Shown in pieces: positions 14,323 to 19,640 of a stretch of DNA of 19,640 nucleotides. Every line of letters begins with the position of its first letter. Positions within the stretch are counted from its first letter, which is position 1. Where the stretch lies: assembly GCA_030765365.1 (NCBI GenBank), contig JAVCCS010000026.1, positions 1 through 19,640 of the forward strand. The letters run 5' to 3'. The notes below the pieces were generated by a model, which worked only from the letters and a program-made list of their open reading frames with translations, was not told the DNA's origin and did no database searches. The position numbers and the translations under genes are program-made. Source of the DNA: Candidatus Theseobacter exili. GTDB lineage: Bacteria; Auribacterota; JACPWU01; Theseobacterales; Theseobacteraceae.

Positions 14323-15417
14323 GTGAAGGTATTGCTTTTAGCGTCTCATTTTGAAATAGGAGGAATTACTTCTTATGTTTTGTCTTTGGCAAAGGGTTTG
14401 ATTGCAAATGGAATAGAAGTTGGTGTTGCTTCAGCTCCAGGAAGAGGTATTAAACAGCTTGGAGATATTCCATTTTTTGATATTGGTCCGAGAACAAAAT
14501 GTGAAATAGGTCCAAGATCGGTTAGGTCAGCTTTGAAAGTATCAAGGATTGTGCGAGAACACGGTTTTGATATTCTTCACGCCCAGACCCGTGTTGCTTC
14601 TTTTATAAGTTTTTGGGTGTCGAAAAGTACGGGTACTCCTTTTATTAGTACTGCGCATGGTCATTATAATTCGCATTTGGGAAGAAGACTTTTCCCTTGC
14701 TGGGGTAAGCTTGTTATTGCGATTAGTCAACATGTAAGGCAGCATCTTTTGTATGATTTCAATCTTAATGAGAAGTATTTAAGACTTATTTATAACGGAA
14801 CGGATTTGGATAGGTTTCCTGATAAGATTTCTGCTGTTGAAAAGAAGAAGATCCGTATCAACTTTGGGTTGGATCCGGACCTTCCAACACTTGGTATTGT
14901 TGCGAGGCTTTCTCCTGTAAAGGGACATGAATATTTTTTCAAGGCATTAGCGAGGATTAAGGACAATTATGATTTTCAGGTTGTGATTGTAGGAGAAGGT
15001 CCAGAAAAAAATAGTCTTCAGGATTTGGTTAGTTACTTAAAACTTGATGATAATGTAAAGTTCTTTGGGTCTATGGAGAATACTATTCCGGTTTTAAAGG
15101 CTATGGATATTTTTGTCTTGCCATCGCTGCAGGAAGGCCTGAGTCTTTCGATTCTTGAAGCTCAAGCATGCGGGTTACCTGTTGTTGCAACAAACGTTGG
15201 CGGTATTTCAGAAATTGTGGAAAATGAAAGAACAGGTATTTTGACGCAACCCAGGGATGATGAATCATTAGGAGAAGCTATAAAGCGTTTTCTGGATGAT
15301 CCTGATGCTGCCAGAAGGATGGGCTGGGAAGGAAGAGTTTTAGTAAATAAGCAGTTCAGCCTGGAAGAGATGGTAAAAAAGGTTATTAGTGTTTATAATG
15401 AAGTTTTAACAGGATAG
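14323..15417 (+). CDS. Glycosyltransferase family 4 (GT-B)
   Basis: GTG start with AAGGA upstream. C-terminal EGLSLSILEAQACGLPVVATNVGGISEIV is the GT4/Glycos_transf_1 E-x7-E region. Confidence 0.85.
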   Translation: MKVLLLASHFEIGGITSYVLSLAKGLIANGIEVGVASAPGRGIKQLGDIPFFDIGPRTKCEIGPRSVRSALKVSRIVREHGFDILHAQTRVASFISFWVSKSTGTPFISTAHGHYNSHLGRRLFPCWGKLVIAISQHVRQHLLYDFNLNEKYLRLIYNGTDLDRFPDKISAVEKKKIRINFGLDPDLPTLGIVARLSPVKGHEYFFKALARIKDNYDFQVVIVGEGPEKNSLQDLVSYLKLDDNVKFFGSMENTIPVLKAMDIFVLPSLQEGLSLSILEAQACGLPVVATNVGGISEIVENERTGILTQPRDDESLGEAIKRFLDDPDAARRMGWEGRVLVNKQFSLEEMVKKVISVYNEVLTG

Positions 15418-15482
15418 TTTTATTCCTGATTCAAATGAAAATGTATTTGTAATTCGCATGTGTTGGGAAGGAGACGGAGCTT

Positions 15483-16298
15483 ATGTTCAGATTTACCATG
15501 TATTTGGTGTTTTTCATCGCTCTTGTGTTTTCTGGTTTCTTTGCTTTGGTGGATTTTGGTCCTCAGGAGATGGTGCCTATTATTATGTACAACCATATTG
15601 GTGAAGAAGTAGATACAGAAAATATCAATTACACTCACTCACGGCGTTTTCAGAAGCATATGAAATTTTTACGCGATTCCGGATTCAATGTTATTTCACT
15701 TGAAGATGTTGCCAATATTTACAAGAGGAAAGAAAAGGTACCTCGTAAAACAGTTGCTATTACTTTTGAACATGGATATAAGGATTTCTACGATATTGCT
15801 TTTCCTATCCTTAGAAAACATCATTTTCCTGCCACAGTTTTTGTGAGTTCTTCCTATGTCGACAGAGGAGGTTATATTAATCGAGAGCAGCTTCAGAGGA
15901 TTGCAGATTCGAATACTGTAAAAATAGGAAGCATGGGTATTCACGACAATAGTCTTCAAGGACTTCAGCCGCAGGAACAAACTATGGAAATATTTAATTC
16001 GAAAGCAAATTTGCAGAAAATGGCTGGAATTGATGTGAATTTTTTCTCATTTCCGGAAGGGTATTCTACTAAACAGCTTCGCTATAAGGTTAAGGAATCG
16101 GGTTACAAGGGTGCAGTAATTCTTCAAGCAGGGAAAAGAATTTCTTATAGAAACCGTTATGCTATGAGAAGAAATTGGGTTTATACAAAGGATAATTATT
16201 GGTCTTTCAGGTTGAAACTTTGGGGGAACTTTCCATTTATTGAACCCTTGTGGGAGAAAACCAGAAAATTTCTCAATAAATTATGGAGAAAACGTTGA
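15483..16298 (+). CDS. Polysaccharide deacetylase (NodB homology domain) with N-terminal TM anchor
   Basis: VAITFEHGYKDFYDIAFPILRKHHFPATVFV NodB motif. N-terminal hydrophobic helix. Confidence 0.8.
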   Translation: MFRFTMYLVFFIALVFSGFFALVDFGPQEMVPIIMYNHIGEEVDTENINYTHSRRFQKHMKFLRDSGFNVISLEDVANIYKRKEKVPRKTVAITFEHGYKDFYDIAFPILRKHHFPATVFVSSSYVDRGGYINREQLQRIADSNTVKIGSMGIHDNSLQGLQPQEQTMEIFNSKANLQKMAGIDVNFFSFPEGYSTKQLRYKVKESGYKGAVILQAGKRISYRNRYAMRRNWVYTKDNYWSFRLKLWGNFPFIEPLWEKTRKFLNKLWRKR

Positions 16299-17065
16299 GA
16301 AGAATTATTTTAGAAATATATCAACGGCGCGAGCTTTTAAAGGGTCTTGTGGTCAGGAACCTGAAAATCAGATATAAAGGATCTGTTCTCGGTTTTTTCT
16401 GGTCTTTACTGGATCCCCTTTTTATGATGTTTATTTATCTTCTTTTTATTCGTATTATGCGGTTCAGTATTGATTTGCCGTATTTATTATCCGGCATCAT
16501 TGTATGGCAGTTTTTTGTTATGTGCGTAAATGATTCACTTGGAGCTATTTCGGGAAATACCAATTTGGTTAAGAAGATATATTTTCCCAGGGTTATTTTG
16601 CCTTTATCACAGGTTTTAGCGAATCTTGTTAATTTTCTTTTATCTTTAGCTGTTTTGTTTGTGTTTCTTCTGTTTATCCGTACTGATATTCAAGTAGCAG
16701 GGCTTCTTATTCTACCTGTTATTGTTTTTCTTGAGGCAATTTTTTGTCTGGGGCTGGCGTTAGCTGTTTCATCAATATCAGTGTACTTTCGAGATGCATA
16801 TCATATTGTCGGAGTGCTTTTAATGGCCTGGTTTTTTATGACTCCGATCATTTATCCTACAAGCCTGGTTCCGGAAAGATTTTTCAGTCTTTATCTGCTT
16901 AATCCTTTAAGCTCTATTTTGATTGTTTTTAGAGGAATCCTTTTTGGAACAGCTATGCCGGGAGGCCCCTTGTTATTTGTTTCTCTGGGGTTTTGTGTAG
17001 TTCTTTTTGCAGTAGGGATTGTTATTTTTGCAAAACTTGAACCTTATTTTGCGGATGTATTATGA
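16283..17065 (+). CDS. wzm: ABC-2 type polysaccharide export permease (Wzm/TagG-like)
   Basis: About 6 TM helices. RNLKIRYKGSVLGFFWSLLDP is the ABC-2 permease N-motif. Overlaps its neighbours. Confidence 0.8.
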   Translation: MEKTLRRIILEIYQRRELLKGLVVRNLKIRYKGSVLGFFWSLLDPLFMMFIYLLFIRIMRFSIDLPYLLSGIIVWQFFVMCVNDSLGAISGNTNLVKKIYFPRVILPLSQVLANLVNFLLSLAVLFVFLLFIRTDIQVAGLLILPVIVFLEAIFCLGLALAVSSISVYFRDAYHIVGVLLMAWFFMTPIIYPTSLVPERFFSLYLLNPLSSILIVFRGILFGTAMPGGPLLFVSLGFCVVLFAVGIVIFAKLEPYFADVL

Positions 17066-18237
17066 GTGCTATAACGGTTGAAAATCTCGGTAAAAGATTT
17101 TTTTTGAAACATGAAGTGCAGCGGTCTTTAAAATCTACTATTCTGAACATTTTTCGGGGACGCACCTTGAAGGAAGAGTTTTGGGCCTTAAGAGGTGTTA
17201 ATTTTACTGTCGAAAAAGGTCAGACATTGGGTGTCATAGGTGCGAATGGGGCAGGGAAAAGCATCCTTCTTTCGCTTTTGGCCGGGACAATGAAAGCCAC
17301 AGAAGGTTCTGTTCGAGTTGAAGGCAAGGTCTCAAGTTTGCTTGAGTTAGGTGCAGGTTTTCATCCGGATTTAACAGGTAGAGAAAATATATATTTAAAT
17401 GGAGCAATTTTAGGGCTTTCGAAGAATGAGATAGCAAAACGTTTTGACAGTATAGTGGCTTTTGCAGAGCTGGAAGAGTTTATTGATACTCCCGTCAAAC
17501 ACTATTCTTCAGGGATGTATGTTAGATTAGGGTTTGCTGTTGCTGTAGAAGTTGATCCCGATGTTCTTCTTATTGATGAGGTTTTAGCTGTTGGAGACGA
17601 GACTTTTCGTAAGAAATGCCTGGCAAAGATTGATTCGCTTCAAAAACAGGGAAAAACTCTTCTTATTGTTTCGCATGATTTGGAAACCGTAAAGAAGATT
17701 AGCGAGCAGGCCTTGCTTTTGGATGAGGGAAGTCTTCTTGAAATAGGCCAACCCCGCAATGTGGTTGATAAATATATTGATCTTGGAATCCATAAGCAGG
17801 AGGATCTCGAAGTAAAGGAATGGGGAAACAGGGACGCTGAGATAAAAGATATTGTTCTTATGAACAGGCATGGAGAGGAAAAGCAGCGGTTTAAAAATGG
17901 TGAAGCAATACAGATAAAGATCAATTATGACGCGCATGAAAGGATAGATAACCCTATTTTTGGGTATTCGATAGCAGACAATGATGGCAAGCTGATTTTT
18001 GGAACTAATACTCAGATAGCCGGTGTGGATATTGATTTTATTGAAGGCAAAGGGAGTATAATTCTTATGCTTGATCCGAATATTCTTATTCGCGGAAAAT
18101 TCTATTTTTCGTTTTCTCTTCATTCATCAGATCATATTACGAACTATCATCGCAAGGAAAACTGGGTGTATTTCTGGATGGAAGCTGATAATGAAGAAAT
18201 TGGATTTGTAAAATTTCCTGCAAAATGGAAATTCTAA
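17062..18237 (+). CDS. wzt: Polysaccharide ABC transporter ATP-binding protein with C-terminal glycan-binding domain (Wzt/TagH-like)
   Basis: Walker A GANGAGKS, signature YSSGM, Walker B LLIDEVLAVGD. About 150 aa of C-terminal beta-rich extension typical of Wzt_C. Confidence 0.85.
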   Translation: MSAITVENLGKRFFLKHEVQRSLKSTILNIFRGRTLKEEFWALRGVNFTVEKGQTLGVIGANGAGKSILLSLLAGTMKATEGSVRVEGKVSSLLELGAGFHPDLTGRENIYLNGAILGLSKNEIAKRFDSIVAFAELEEFIDTPVKHYSSGMYVRLGFAVAVEVDPDVLLIDEVLAVGDETFRKKCLAKIDSLQKQGKTLLIVSHDLETVKKISEQALLLDEGSLLEIGQPRNVVDKYIDLGIHKQEDLEVKEWGNRDAEIKDIVLMNRHGEEKQRFKNGEAIQIKINYDAHERIDNPIFGYSIADNDGKLIFGTNTQIAGVDIDFIEGKGSIILMLDPNILIRGKFYFSFSLHSSDHITNYHRKENWVYFWMEADNEEIGFVKFPAKWKF

Positions 18238-18308
18238 AGTGTACATTTTTGTTTGTAACCTGCTGATTTCCGTGTTGAGTTAGTGTCTAATTTGGAAGGA
18301 TTTGGTCA

Positions 18309-18794
18309 ATGACAAATGATTTTGATTTTGAGTCAAAAGGGATAGATGTTGAGGCTCTGATGAAAAGGTTAAGAGTACGTGTGGATGAGAAACGCAAGGC
18401 CGGTGTTTATGAAAAGTATAACCTTGATAATCTTACTGCGCTTGAGTTTGAGTCGCTCGAAGATGAAAAAGAATTTTTACGTTACTATTTGCGCTTGATT
18501 CAAAGTACCTGTGATATCAATATTGGGGATTTTGAAATTGTAAATAAAGGCGGATTGTTTGGCCGTCCTGTAATTTTATTAAAAAAGGTTATTTGGAAGC
18601 TTCTGAAATTCTATACTTACCGTTTATTTAGCCAACAAAAAGAATTCAACTGTCAAACTGTTAATACTATTATGAGCCTTCAAAACAAGCTTGAAAAAGA
18701 TCTTGAGGAAATTAGATTGCGTTTGAACAGGCTTGAAGGAAAAAGCTCTGGTGAAAAAGAGAAAAATACGTCTGTAGCTGGAAAGGTTTCCTGA
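18309..18794 (+). CDS. Hypothetical protein with C-terminal coiled-coil
   Basis: GGAAGGA SD. No family recognised. Stop overlaps the next start (ATGA). Confidence 0.45.
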   Translation: MTNDFDFESKGIDVEALMKRLRVRVDEKRKAGVYEKYNLDNLTALEFESLEDEKEFLRYYLRLIQSTCDINIGDFEIVNKGGLFGRPVILLKKVIWKLLKFYTYRLFSQQKEFNCQTVNTIMSLQNKLEKDLEEIRLRLNRLEGKSSGEKEKNTSVAGKVS

Positions 18795-19640
18795 TGAGCA
18801 AGGTTCGCAGACTAGCTTTTGTTGTTCCGCGTTTTGAGCCTGTTTCAGCAGGGGGAGCTGAAGTTCTTACAAGAGAGTTTGCCAGACGTTTGATCGCAAA
18901 AGGCAATGAAGTCGAGATTTTCACTACATGTGCACGAAATCATTTTACCTGGCAGAATTATTATGAAGAAGGAAGGCATTCTTCGGACGGTTTAGTTATT
19001 AACAGGTTTCGAGTAAAAGATGGCAGAAATGTTGATTTATTTCTTAAGCTTCAAAGCCTTATAGACAGGGGAATCCAATTAAGTACCAGTGAAGAAAAGC
19101 AGTGGATTTCTGAAAGTGTTACCAGTCCTGATCTTGTGAATTATTTGGAATCAAATAAAAATAATTTTGATGTTTTTTTTCTTATTCCATATCTTTTTGG
19201 ATTAACTTATTTTACCAGCTTTTTTGCCCCTGAAAAAACAGTGTTAATTCCCTGTCTTCACGATGAAGGGTTTGCTCGTCTTGGTATTTTTCGTGATATG
19301 TTTAATCGTGTTAAAGGGGTTATGTTTAATGCTTATCCTGAACAGGTTCTTGCTGAGAAACTAATGGGGCTTCCTGCCGAAAAGGGTCGTGTTGCAGGTT
19401 TGGGTTTTGAACCGGGAGCGGGATATAACAGCAGCTTGTTCCAGAACAAGTTTGGTATTGAAGAACCTTTTATTCTATTTGCAGGCAGACGTGAGCGGGG
19501 AAAAAACATTCATGTCTTAATAGAGTATTTTAATTGCTATAAGTTAAACAATCCCGGAGATTTGAAGCTTGTTTTACTTGGAACCGGGGAAGTGGATTTG
19601 CCTGCCGGAACAAAAGATATTATTGATTTAGGGTACATTG
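18794..19640 (+). CDS. Glycosyltransferase family 4, 3' end beyond the window
   Basis: Open frame to the window end, translated manually with no stop. N-terminal GT4 fold motifs (VPRFEPVSAGGAEV) and the beginning of the Glycos_transf_1 domain (PFILFAGRRERGKNIHVL). Confidence 0.75.
   Translation, partial: MSKVRRLAFVVPRFEPVSAGGAEVLTREFARRLIAKGNEVEIFTTCARNHFTWQNYYEEGRHSSDGLVINRFRVKDGRNVDLFLKLQSLIDRGIQLSTSEEKQWISESVTSPDLVNYLESNKNNFDVFFLIPYLFGLTYFTSFFAPEKTVLIPCLHDEGFARLGIFRDMFNRVKGVMFNAYPEQVLAEKLMGLPAEKGRVAGLGFEPGAGYNSSLFQNKFGIEEPFILFAGRRERGKNIHVLIEYFNCYKLNNPGDLKLVLLGTGEVDLPAGTKDIIDLGYI

Noticed and set aside
17234-18123. Minus-strand ORFs of 67, 179 and 94 aa inside wzt
   Set aside because: They are antisense to a gene with clear Walker A/B and ABC signature motifs.

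Overview
AT-rich bacterial window (low GC by eye, probably an anaerobe), forward strand. By content it splits into four blocks. (1) 1-3145: the 3' part of a tightly packed gas-vesicle (gvp) operon. It reads GvpF/L, GvpG, GvpO-like, a second GvpF/L paralog, a GvpA/J/M-family shell protein and GvpK, and ends with an unassigned Cys/His-rich 89-aa ORF. (2) about 3150-9704: a putative small (about 6.4 kb) integrative element sitting against the 3' end of a minus-strand tRNA-Asn(GUU). It carries a tyrosine recombinase, a small XRE-HTH gene and a large serine recombinase whose last codons and stop lie inside the tRNA. It also carries two small DNA-binding-type ORFs and a co-directional cargo block of four ORFs with no recognisable family: an acidic 122-aa protein, a 2-TM membrane protein, a wHTH+PLD-like protein and a 315-aa protein with two wHTH-like segments. 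This cargo is the best candidate in the window for an undescribed system, for example anti-phage defence, or an element replication/maintenance module. (3) 9705-14218: apparent core genes. These are a HicB-like (UPF0150) orphan with a T11/A11 homopolymer in its putative promoter spacer, tilS, a tRNA-fMet(CAU) plus a second CAU tRNA (Met or Ile2) followed by a strong terminator, a CpxP/Spy-like periplasmic protein, and a convergent HgdC-like activase + HgdB-like dehydratase-subunit pair. (4) 14323-19640: an ABC-transporter-dependent polysaccharide locus (GT4, NodB-type deacetylase, Wzm, Wzt with C-terminal glycan-binding domain, hypothetical, GT4 partial). All calls come from reading the sequence and motifs by eye. 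No database searches were run.
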